A DNA stretch of 34,104 bases from a virus (taxonomy: Duplodnaviria > Caudoviricetes). The position numbers were made by a program, and so were the translations under genes. Below the pieces are notes generated by a model that was given only the letters and a program-made list of their open reading frames with translations, did not search any database and was not told where the DNA came from. Positions within the stretch are counted from its first letter, which is position 1; every line of letters begins with the position of its first letter. Shown piece after piece: positions 18,296-25,690 of this stretch. The stretch spans positions 1 to 34,104 of IMG/VR virus record IMGVR_UViG_3300037991_000441. The stretch is one strand, 5' to 3'.

Positions 18296-18506
18296 GTTAT
18301 CTGCGTGCTAGTCGCACGTAAATTTACTTGGTTATCTAGTTTGCTACGCAAACGAAATCATACTTGGTCAAGCTGAAGCACGTCACAAACCCTTCAAGGT
18401 GGGGTGGGAATGACGAGAAAGTGGAGTTCAAGTTTGAAACTATGTGGCTGTAACTTACACAAGTTTTTGTAGAGATTCAGTCGCTGAAAATTTATAGGAG
18501 AACACA

Positions 18507-18593
18507 ATGATTTTTGAACTAACAATTGGATTTATTCTAGCTTACGCAGTTGGAATGATTTTCTTTCAATGGATACTGTGGAGGAATCAATGA
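18507..18593 (+). CDS. 28-aa single-TM peptide
   Basis: AGGAG SD; MIFELTIGFILAYAVGMIFFQWILWRNQ. Confidence 0.7.
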   Translation: MIFELTIGFILAYAVGMIFFQWILWRNQ

Positions 18594-18664
18594 ACACATT
18601 AGAAGACATTGTTGGAGTCGTATTTATATTCGCAGGTTTAACTGTATTACTAATGATAACATAG
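18590..18664 (+). CDS. 24-aa single-TM peptide
   Basis: GGAGG SD, ATGA overlap; MNTLEDIVGVVFIFAGLTVLLMIT. Confidence 0.7.
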   Translation: MNTLEDIVGVVFIFAGLTVLLMIT

Positions 18665-18673
18665 GAGAAAGTA

Positions 18674-18952
18674 ATGGAACAGAATCAAGTATTCAAATTG
18701 AATGATGATGAAGTGTTTATCTTAGATAGAAGTCAAAGCAAACGTATTGCACAGCTAAAGATAGACAGAAACATAGAGATATATTCAGCAGTCAAAGGCA
18801 AGTACAAAGTTGTAGAATGGGAACATCAGTATTGTAATCGAAAGTACTTTGATAGTCTATCTGATGCTATTCAATACTGTATGGATATCAAAAGAATTTA
18901 TGACAGAACCAAACTAAAGTACAGTCATAAATATGGTGGAGTAAGTATGTAG
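18674..18952 (+). CDS. Hypothetical protein
   Basis: 92 aa, AGGAG SD. Confidence 0.75.
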   Translation: MEQNQVFKLNDDEVFILDRSQSKRIAQLKIDRNIEIYSAVKGKYKVVEWEHQYCNRKYFDSLSDAIQYCMDIKRIYDRTKLKYSHKYGGVSM

Positions 18953-18984
18953 GTAAATAACTAATGTATTAATTTACCTACGAG

Positions 18985-19013
18985 TTGCAGAGCATAATAA
19001 TTTATAGTAAACT
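18985..19013 (+). promoter_or_regulatory. Putative sigma70 promoter TTGCAG-N17-TAAACT
   Basis: Intergenic with a 17-bp spacer; preceded by the inverted repeat GTAGGTAAAT...ATTTACCTAC. Confidence 0.5.
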
Positions 19014-19030
19014 AAACATGGAGAAAGCAA

Positions 19031-19321
19031 ATGTTCGGAAGACAATATCCTATTTGGAATAAAGTAACGGCTTGTATCTACAAGAGTGATAAAAGCTATG
19101 GCGTAAAGAATACTGGTGAAGTTGAAGTTCGAGTTGGCACATCGAACAGCAACAGTCATCACTTCGTAACACATGTAACAACAGTTCGTACTCATAATAA
19201 TGGTGACAAAGAGTTTCGATTTTATTTGAATCGTCAACTGTTGAAGTGTGCAATTCTTCCCAAAGGTAAGTATCAGTTAGAGTTTAGGGAAGTTCAATCA
19301 ATCCAAGATAATTATATATAA
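19031..19321 (+). CDS. Hypothetical protein
   Basis: 96 aa, GGAGAAAGCA SD. Confidence 0.8.
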   Translation: MFGRQYPIWNKVTACIYKSDKSYGVKNTGEVEVRVGTSNSNSHHFVTHVTTVRTHNNGDKEFRFYLNRQLLKCAILPKGKYQLEFREVQSIQDNYI

Positions 19322-19331
19322 GGAGTAAATC

Positions 19332-19724
19332 ATGGACATCAAACTAAAATCAGGTGCATCAGCAATCAATGAAAGGTTCAGCAATCAAAGAGATAAAATT
19401 GCTGAACATATCCAACGCTTCGGAAGTATCTCAGCCAGAGATGCATTCTATCACTATGGTTGTATGCGACTCGCTGCACAAATATTAATACTCAAACAAA
19501 ATGGCTGGAACATTGTAACTACAATGCGACAAGTTGGAAATGTAACCTGGGCAGAGTATTGGCTAGAAGAAAGATTCAGAAGAGAACACAAGCAAGCTAC
19601 TGACTTCAACCTAGCTAACAGTGGTGAAGATATGCCATTACCAAAAGCTTTCTTCAAGCAAGAAAGAGAACACTATGAAAATATCAGTAACGACCCATAC
19701 GAGTGGGCAGAGGAGGGACACTAA
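19332..19724 (+). CDS. Winged helix-turn-helix protein (HTH_39-like)
   Basis: GSISARDA...YGCMRLAAQI..LK..GWNI.T...AEY.L pattern. Confidence 0.75.
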   Translation: MDIKLKSGASAINERFSNQRDKIAEHIQRFGSISARDAFYHYGCMRLAAQILILKQNGWNIVTTMRQVGNVTWAEYWLEERFRREHKQATDFNLANSGEDMPLPKAFFKQEREHYENISNDPYEWAEEGH

Positions 19725-19725
19725 C

Positions 19726-20004
19726 ATGACCAGTAGATTGGAAGATGTATTACGCAAAGACTATGAACGCTATCGTGACATGGCAAAAGATGAGGTACGA
19801 TTCCCAAACTTCATGAATCGACAGAAGTTTCAGAACGTAGCTGATGCCATTGAACGTATTGTAGATTGCTTTGACTTTGTAGATGATGTTCGCAATGAAG
19901 AGAATCTACCAGATGTAAATGTATCAAAGCTAACTGGTCGACATTATTCTGCTGAAGAAGATGCAATCAATCTTCAACATAATAAACACTATGGAGAAAA
20001 GTAA
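19726..20004 (+). CDS. Hypothetical protein, 92 aa
   Basis: Start reassigned to ATG 19726 (GGAGG SD); MTSRLEDV... Confidence 0.7.
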   Translation: MTSRLEDVLRKDYERYRDMAKDEVRFPNFMNRQKFQNVADAIERIVDCFDFVDDVRNEENLPDVNVSKLTGRHYSAEEDAINLQHNKHYGEK

Positions 20005-20249
20005 TGGTAGTAAAAATAAGATACCAAGACTTACCAGAAAATTTGAAACAAGAAAAGAGGTGGAATGTAAGAATGACTAATGCAATCAATGACAGAATCA
20101 AAGATACTATCAACGATAAACTAGACGATATGAAAGTATCTGAGTTACAATCAATGGTTGAAACACTTGGAATGAACTCAATAGTTCTTGATGAGTTCTT
20201 GCGAGATGTTGCAGCAAAAATGTATGAGAAGTTAGAAACTCATATATAA
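20004..20249 (+). CDS. Hypothetical protein
   Basis: 81 aa, TAATG overlap, GGAG SD. Confidence 0.7.
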   Translation: MVVKIRYQDLPENLKQEKRWNVRMTNAINDRIKDTINDKLDDMKVSELQSMVETLGMNSIVLDEFLRDVAAKMYEKLETHI

Positions 20250-20277
20250 AAAAATGGGTGGCTCAAAAGGCCACCCA
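20248..20277 (-). terminator. Intrinsic terminator oriented for minus-strand transcripts
   Basis: TGGGTGGC/GCCACCCA stem preceded by A7, which reads as T7 on the minus strand. Confidence 0.6.
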
Positions 20278-20297
20278 GTTACTATAAGGAATATAAT

Positions 20298-20687
20298 ATG
20301 ATTACTAAAAACCAGATTAGAATATTATCAGGATTATACTTTTTGATAAAGGAAAAAGAACAACGAATAGTATTATCTCATCACTTACAAAAACAAATGC
20401 CTGATATGAAACAAGGAACATTGTCAACAACCTTGCAAGCTCTCGAGCATAAGCTAGGATTAATAATATCAATGCCTTGTGATGCTGTATTGAGAAGCTT
20501 GTATGCAAATCAAAAAGCACCAAGCACTACAAGAAGATATTACATTACCAAAAGTGGTAACAAATTAGTCAATATGTATTTGCAAATCGTAAAACGAGAT
20601 GGTAATAATGTAGACTATGAAAAGTTATCTTCAGCAGCTTACGCAGTTATCAGAACACCAGAACGTAGACTTACGCAAGGCTTTTAG
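20298..20687 (+). CDS. Winged-helix DNA-binding protein (MarR/PadR-like)
   Basis: GTLSTTLQALEHKLGLI...RRYYITKSG pattern. Confidence 0.65.
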   Translation: MITKNQIRILSGLYFLIKEKEQRIVLSHHLQKQMPDMKQGTLSTTLQALEHKLGLIISMPCDAVLRSLYANQKAPSTTRRYYITKSGNKLVNMYLQIVKRDGNNVDYEKLSSAAYAVIRTPERRLTQGF

Positions 20688-20808
20688 TTGGGCTGGATTA
20701 TCAAAGACAACATACTATAGACAGCTTAAGGGAACGGAGTTAAGATTTGAAACTGCTATCAAAATTGAAAAGGCTATTGAACAACTTGCCACGCTTCAAA
20801 AAAAATAA
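20617..20808 (+). CDS. Cro/XRE-like HTH protein
   Basis: LRKAFSWAGLSKTTYYR...LRFETAIKI. Confidence 0.7.
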   Translation: MKSYLQQLTQLSEHQNVDLRKAFSWAGLSKTTYYRQLKGTELRFETAIKIEKAIEQLATLQKK

Positions 20809-20977
20809 AGGTTTCGAACAAAGAGCATCAGTAACTTGTGATGCATGCAATCAAGATACGCAATACTTCGTTGTCTCTGCTTATAAAAATACAAAGATAT
20901 GTATGAAATGCTATGAGGAGGACACATGGTTAGCAAAAGTAAAGCAAAAGGAAGCTATCACGAAAGGTGGTTTCTAA
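20747..20977 (+). CDS. Small zinc-finger protein (start uncertain)
   Basis: CDAC...CMKC; fills the gap between the HTH and resolvase genes. Confidence 0.5.
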   Translation: MKLLSKLKRLLNNLPRFKKNKGFEQRASVTCDACNQDTQYFVVSAYKNTKICMKCYEEDTWLAKVKQKEAITKGGF

Positions 20978-21261
20978 AATTATTTAATAGTTTAGGTATA
21001 CGTACAAAGAAACAACCACTATCGGGCAGTTTAGGTGGTGAGTACAGAGGGGATTTGACTGTTGATATCGGTGGCAAAAGCTTAATAGTTGAAGTCAAGT
21101 ACAGAGATAGCAGTCAATTCCCTAATGTATTTAATTTACTAGAAGACAAAGACCTTGCTCTATGTAAACGCAAGAAGGGCTCTCCAAGATACTGCGTCAT
21201 TATAAAAGATGAAGTATGGGAAGATGTCTTTGCGTGTCTTATAGAGCATTATGATAATTAA
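20926..21261 (+). CDS. Holliday junction resolvase-like PD-(D/E)XK nuclease
   Basis: SKAKG..HER...PLSG...GDL...VEVK motif. Confidence 0.85.
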   Translation: MVSKSKAKGSYHERWFLKLFNSLGIRTKKQPLSGSLGGEYRGDLTVDIGGKSLIVEVKYRDSSQFPNVFNLLEDKDLALCKRKKGSPRYCVIIKDEVWEDVFACLIEHYDN

Positions 21262-21276
21262 CAAAAGGAGTTCAAT

Positions 21277-21708
21277 ATGACAAATGTAACACAACAACTT
21301 ATTTCTTATATCCAAATGATAAACGAACATCAAGAGCTCACGAAGGAGCAATCAAAGTTTATGTTTGGTGTTATGGGTACATCAAATACAACACCAGTTT
21401 GTACTGGCAAACAGCTATGGTTTATCCAAGACCAAGCTAACAAAGCATGGTATGGATTCATCAAAGCCAATCACATAGCAGAACACTCAGGGTTTGATAT
21501 TACTATTGTTGATAATCTCAAACAAATACTTGAGTTATCTTGTGAAATGAAAATGCCTATCCCTAAAAAGGAAGCACAAAAAATAATTGAACGGCTGCTT
21601 GAGTTCAATGAAACACGATTACCGGAGTTGATGAAACTTATCGAGCAACACATACAACTAAAACTAAAGGAGTACGCAGAGCATGACAAAAAATCAACCA
21701 AAAAATAA
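21277..21708 (+). CDS. Hypothetical protein
   Basis: 143 aa, AAGGAG SD; T.KQL.FI...KKEA..II..L motif. Confidence 0.75.
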   Translation: MTNVTQQLISYIQMINEHQELTKEQSKFMFGVMGTSNTTPVCTGKQLWFIQDQANKAWYGFIKANHIAEHSGFDITIVDNLKQILELSCEMKMPIPKKEAQKIIERLLEFNETRLPELMKLIEQHIQLKLKEYAEHDKKSTKK

Positions 21709-22189
21709 TATTGTATCCCTCAATCCAGTAGCTGCAAGACAAAATCTTCTTGCATTTGCATCACCAGTCAGAGCAAACCTCAGGCTGGTGTGGGAACTCG
21801 ATGAACTTGGATTCAAATTCAAAGGACGTATGATTGATAACATATTGGAGATACCAAGACCTACGCTTCAAGAAGCATTGGAGATAGTAGACAAGTACCT
21901 TGTTCCAATGCAACTAGAAGATATCAGGAATCGTCTTGAGAAATGGAAGTATCTTTTTCACAAACCATTTGATTCCAAAATAGAAGAGGTTCAACTAAAA
22001 ACAAATGCGTATGAAGATTTGCTAGCCAAAATGCCAGCAGATTGTACGCACTATGCTTTGAATACTGCGATGCGAAAGTTCAAAATATTCCCAGCATACT
22101 TTGAGTTGTACTCGCTTATAAAAGAGCAGTATGAAATCCGAATGTATTACCAAGAATCTATTGAGAATAAACTTCTAAATAGTAGTTGA
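21683..22189 (+). CDS. Putative replication accessory protein (helicase loader/inhibitor-like helical domain)
   Basis: Y...L..MP......AL........FP...EL pattern; the function is inferred only. Confidence 0.45.
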   Translation: MTKNQPKNNIVSLNPVAARQNLLAFASPVRANLRLVWELDELGFKFKGRMIDNILEIPRPTLQEALEIVDKYLVPMQLEDIRNRLEKWKYLFHKPFDSKIEEVQLKTNAYEDLLAKMPADCTHYALNTAMRKFKIFPAYFELYSLIKEQYEIRMYYQESIENKLLNSS

Positions 22190-22214
22190 CTGGTTGCACA
22201 GTCGGAACTAGAAT
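22186..22214 (+). promoter_or_regulatory. Putative sigma70 promoter TTGACT-N17-TAGAAT
   Basis: Near-consensus hexamers upstream of the exonuclease gene. Confidence 0.65.
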
Positions 22215-22239
22215 GTCCATATAAATAAGGAGAAAGCAC

Positions 22240-23130
22240 ATGGATAGAACTACATTCATTGGCGGTAGTGATGCCGTCAGATTAGTAAATGGTGATTGGG
22301 AAAATCTCTACCTCGAGAAGATTGGAGAGAAGCAACCTGATGACCTATCAGATAATTTACAAGTACAGATTGGTATTGCTACAGAGCAACTCAATGTTGA
22401 GTGGTTTGTCAAACATCACAGCAGTAATCTTAATATGAATATGATTGAGAGAAACAAAAGACTTGGAGTCTATATGATAGACCATGTTCCTTGTGCTGCA
22501 AATCTTGATGGCTTGATTACACAGCATCAAGACAAGAGAGAATGGATTCTTGAATGCAAACACACAAATCCATTTACATCTATCAAAGATGTTATTGAAA
22601 GGTACATGCCACAAGTACAATTCTATATGCACTTGCACAGACACAGAATGAAAATGATTCCAATACGGAATAGATACAACTGCTGTGGTGCATTCATATC
22701 AATCATTCAAAGTAATGGGAGCAAGTATCATCAGTCCCATATTGAGTACGATGAATTGTATGCAGAAAAGATTATGTCCCTGGTCAAAAAGTTTTGGCTC
22801 AACCATGTAGTACCAAAAGTAAAACCTACTAACGATGGGATTGAAGACCCACCAGAGGTCAACTCAATCCCAATCGACAGAAAGGTTCAGCGTTGTATGA
22901 GTTCAAGTAATGAGTTTACCAATGATACACATGATTACATCAAGACAATGGAAGTAGCACACAAACATGAAGAAGCTAAGAAGAGATTGCTTAGTCATGT
23001 TACTGATGATGTCTATGAAATGTTCAATGACTATCTTGTCATATCAGTATCAAAGACTGGTAGACGTACAATCAAACTTAGGAAAGCAATTCAGCTTGCC
23101 TATGATATAATGAGTGGAGAAAAGAAATGA
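22240..23130 (+). CDS. YqaJ/lambda-exonuclease-like recombination nuclease
   Basis: R..FIGGSD, ANLDG, LECK and Y..QVQFYM motifs. Confidence 0.92.
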   Translation: MDRTTFIGGSDAVRLVNGDWENLYLEKIGEKQPDDLSDNLQVQIGIATEQLNVEWFVKHHSSNLNMNMIERNKRLGVYMIDHVPCAANLDGLITQHQDKREWILECKHTNPFTSIKDVIERYMPQVQFYMHLHRHRMKMIPIRNRYNCCGAFISIIQSNGSKYHQSHIEYDELYAEKIMSLVKKFWLNHVVPKVKPTNDGIEDPPEVNSIPIDRKVQRCMSSSNEFTNDTHDYIKTMEVAHKHEEAKKRLLSHVTDDVYEMFNDYLVISVSKTGRRTIKLRKAIQLAYDIMSGEKK

Positions 23131-23570
23131 CAAAAGAAAATATATACACAGCACTTATGAAGTGTGAATTCAAGAAAGTAAAAGTTGAGGGTAACAATGC
23201 AATGTTCAATGCCAAGTACATGAAAGTAAAAGATATTATACCTATGATTGAACTAGAGTTACAAAAGCAAAACATCATTTGCATTGGTACTATGAAAGTG
23301 AATGAACACAATTCACCAATACTCAATATACAGTTGCGACACATACCAAGCGATACATTCATCGAGAGTGAGTGTACTTGCTTAGACGATACTAAGAAAG
23401 GCAGTCAACAAATTGGTAGTGGCATTACCTACATGACACGATACATTTTACAACGGCTGCTTAACTTAGTGCCAGATGAAAGCACAGATGATGATGGCAA
23501 TGAATCTAGCAAGTCTGGTACATTTCAGAAACCAAGAAAAGTAATTAGAAAGGATAACTATGGAATATGA
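23127..23570 (+). CDS. erf: ERF-family single-strand annealing protein
   Basis: Q.IGSGITY.TRY.L...L.L....DDDG signature. Confidence 0.9.
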   Translation: MTKENIYTALMKCEFKKVKVEGNNAMFNAKYMKVKDIIPMIELELQKQNIICIGTMKVNEHNSPILNIQLRHIPSDTFIESECTCLDDTKKGSQQIGSGITYMTRYILQRLLNLVPDESTDDDGNESSKSGTFQKPRKVIRKDNYGI

Positions 23571-23928
23571 TAACACAAATACTGGTGCAGTTTTTCAACC
23601 GAATGGTGAAGAGCTAAGTGGTACTGGAACACTTAATGACAAGGGCAATGAGAATAGAATTGCTGTTGTCAAAGCATCATCAAAAGATGGTTCTACTGTC
23701 AGAGATATATACTTGAAGATTGGTAGAATGTGGGAGAACGATAGCCAAAATGGTATGGCACCACAGTTTACTGGTCAGATTGATTTACCATCTGACAATA
23801 GTCGAGTTGCTGCTTGGGTCAAGCAAGGCTCATACGGTACTATGCTATCTCTTAAGCTATCACCAAAGCTTGAACAAGAACAATCATCTGTTGACAATGA
23901 CCTTGAATCAGATGATATTCCATTTTAG
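23560..23928 (+). CDS. Single-stranded DNA-binding protein (putative)
   Basis: MEYDNTN.G..F start, acidic C-terminal DDIPF tail; follows exonuclease and ERF. Confidence 0.75.
   Translation: MEYDNTNTGAVFQPNGEELSGTGTLNDKGNENRIAVVKASSKDGSTVRDIYLKIGRMWENDSQNGMAPQFTGQIDLPSDNSRVAAWVKQGSYGTMLSLKLSPKLEQEQSSVDNDLESDDIPF
23891..23919 (+). promoter_or_regulatory. Putative internal promoter TTGACA-N17-GATATT for the candidate sRNA
   Basis: Perfect -35 inside the 3' end of the SSB gene; the predicted start falls at the first hairpin. Confidence 0.5.
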
Positions 23929-24003
23929 GACGTGCTTTCTCCAAAGAAGTCCTAAAACATGCTAGGGGGTCTAATACTGCTCTGCTTGCCTGACCTCCTA
24001 GCA
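23923..24003 (+). ncRNA. Candidate anti-Shine-Dalgarno small RNA with two hairpins
   Basis: TTTTAGGAC-[GTGCTTTCTCCAAAGAA]-GTCCTAAAA, then TGCTAGGGGGTC-[20 nt]-GACCTCCTAGCA with a G.U pair on the + strand. Confidence 0.6.
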
Positions 24004-24022
24004 GATAAAGAAAGCACAGAAT

Positions 24023-24235
24023 ATGATTACAAAAATGACACACACAGTTATTCTCATGCTTACCATCGACCTAGAGTCAGCAAGAGAATGCCAACGACTC
24101 AGCGAAAAAGTATACAATGAGAATAGATGCTTTGAAGCATACAATATTTACAGCACCATACCACCTCGCAAGCCAGATAACTTCGAGAACATCATTGGTT
24201 TATATATAGAAAGGAAAAAACTATGGGAGAAATAG
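24023..24235 (+). CDS. Hypothetical protein
   Basis: 70 aa; overlaps the next gene. Confidence 0.6.
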   Translation: MITKMTHTVILMLTIDLESARECQRLSEKVYNENRCFEAYNIYSTIPPRKPDNFENIIGLYIERKKLWEK

Positions 24236-24411
24236 ATAAATGGAAATATGTGGTTTGGGTAGGTTCTACACCTGACTACTACACCAACTTCAAAGATGCC
24301 AAAAGAGCATACGATGAATGGGTAGATGAAGGCTATGATGATGTTCAGCTTTTAAAAGGGACTGTAGTTTTCCATAGATGTAACAACCAGAGTTCATCTG
24401 GACCATCATAG
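24223..24411 (+). CDS. Hypothetical protein (Y.VWVG..DYY...GYDDV)
   Basis: 62 aa, AAGGA SD; last early gene. Confidence 0.65.
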   Translation: MGEIDKWKYVVWVGSTPDYYTNFKDAKRAYDEWVDEGYDDVQLLKGTVVFHRCNNQSSSGPS

Positions 24412-24512
24412 TCATCAAAGTCGAAAGCTAGTTGTCTAGGTGTGGAGCTGGAAGTGAGGTCCATCGATGAAGGGACGTCTTGATTCTTTTCGTCTTGTGT
24501 CGATGTAGTCAT
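24345..24512 (-). CDS. Possible overlapping 55-aa protein with a QLAFDF motif
   Basis: GAGGA 8 nt before ATG 24512; MTTSTQDEKNQDVPSSMDLTSSSTPRQLAFDFDDYDGPDELWLLHLWKTTVPFKS. Confidence 0.4.
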   Translation of the reverse strand: MTTSTQDEKNQDVPSSMDLTSSSTPRQLAFDFDDYDGPDELWLLHLWKTTVPFKS

Positions 24513-24903
24513 TCATTAAATCCTCTGCACTATCTGGTGACATGGTTAGTAACTTATGCCAAGCTGCACCCCAAACCAAATCAACTCCGACTTCTTTTGC
24601 AGCCTTTCGCATAGCATCAGCTATATTATCATAATCCACAATATCCCAAGATGGATTACTGCCATCATAAGCCATAAGGTCAACAGCGTGTGCATACCCA
24701 TCATCTTGTATTAAATGTTTGCTAGCCATAGTCTGTGATTTGCCAGACTCATACAATTTCTTTTGAGTTTCCAAATCACGAACACCATAGATAACTCCAA
24801 AGTCTACATCCGTATACTCAATCGCTTTCTTAACAACCTCAACAAGCTGAGGGTGTACTCCATCCAATCTATCCAGCGACCTTTGTGATAATTTAAATGC
24901 CAT
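24436..24903 (-). CDS. Endolysin, M15 family peptidase, 155 aa
   Basis: Start reassigned to ATG 24903 (AGGAG SD). F.LS.RS...L.GVHP.L, R....Q..L, SKH, AVD and DGPHFQL motifs. Confidence 0.92.
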   Translation of the reverse strand: MAFKLSQRSLDRLDGVHPQLVEVVKKAIEYTDVDFGVIYGVRDLETQKKLYESGKSQTMASKHLIQDDGYAHAVDLMAYDGSNPSWDIVDYDNIADAMRKAAKEVGVDLVWGAAWHKLLTMSPDSAEDLMNDYIDTRRKESRRPFIDGPHFQLHT

Positions 24904-24973
24904 ATTTTTTCTCCTAAAGTTTCTAATATCCCAATCCCTATGTATGCGAATATTCTCACGACGTTTATCCCAA

Positions 24974-25339
24974 TTACTTCCCATTCTTTCGTAACCCAAA
25001 GAATTTGGTCACAGAACGCACACCAAAACTTGCAGCCACAATACACCCAAGTGTCACCTGATACCATTCAGGCATCATTTCTAAGGCTCTGAAGCCCTGT
25101 TCTACTATATCTCTCCCCCACGACCCACAAAAGCAGAGGATAAGAGGAATGCTAAACAAAATTACCAGATATTCGTCCTTCCAACTAGACTGCGAGCCCT
25201 TCATAGCTTCCAAATCCCAGTCAATATCACCAGTCAACTGCTTCTTTTTTATCTCAAGATTAAGTTTTTGTGATTCTGCTTTGGATTCTATCCATGTAGA
25301 TGCCATACCACCTACCATTGAGAGTGCCTTAAAAATCAT
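24974..25339 (-). CDS. Putative holin
   Basis: SWKDE motif plus two TM segments and PEWY...SFG.R; adjacent to the endolysin. Confidence 0.7.
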   Translation of the reverse strand: MIFKALSMVGGMASTWIESKAESQKLNLEIKKKQLTGDIDWDLEAMKGSQSSWKDEYLVILFSIPLILCFCGSWGRDIVEQGFRALEMMPEWYQVTLGCIVAASFGVRSVTKFFGLRKNGK

Positions 25340-25494
25340 TTTCCCACTTTCTTCATGGCTTCTTTATGTGCCTGACCAAACGTTTTTCCTTTGACCATCA
25401 TCCGAATCATTGCAGCCATGTGTGCTTTACTATGATGTTTACTATGTTTTTTCATAGTTTTTCTTTGTCGTTCTGTAAGTTTATCTAGACTCAT
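25336..25494 (-). CDS. 52-aa His/Lys/Met-rich protein
   Basis: GGAG SD and ATGA overlap with the holin; MSLDKLTERQRKTMKKHSKHHSKAHMAAMIRMMVKGKTFGQAHKEAMKKVGK. Confidence 0.75.
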   Translation of the reverse strand: MSLDKLTERQRKTMKKHSKHHSKAHMAAMIRMMVKGKTFGQAHKEAMKKVGK

Positions 25495-25690
25495 TATTAG
25501 TCTCCTTACCTAACCAGATAGCAAAAGAACCAGTCATAGCTCCTGTCACAACAGACACTAAGCCAGCTTGTTGAGTGGTTAAATCAGGCTGGCTCAATGC
25601 CCACTCGATACACCTAATGTAAACACAGGTCATAGCTAGCATCATCAAGCGTGGGAGGATTCGCCACTTGTCGAGCGTTTCTGGTGTCAT
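25481..25690 (-). CDS. Small 2-TM membrane protein (holin/antiholin-like)
   Basis: LDKWRI.PRL motif with two hydrophobic segments. Confidence 0.7.
   Translation of the reverse strand: MTPETLDKWRILPRLMMLAMTCVYIRCIEWALSQPDLTTQQAGLVSVVTGAMTGSFAIWLGKETNNESR

Noticed and set aside
23972-23991. Second sRNA loop pairing with 22123-22132 or 18987-18994
   Set aside because: Matches of 8-10 nt are expected by chance, and both lie upstream of or within the predicted promoters.
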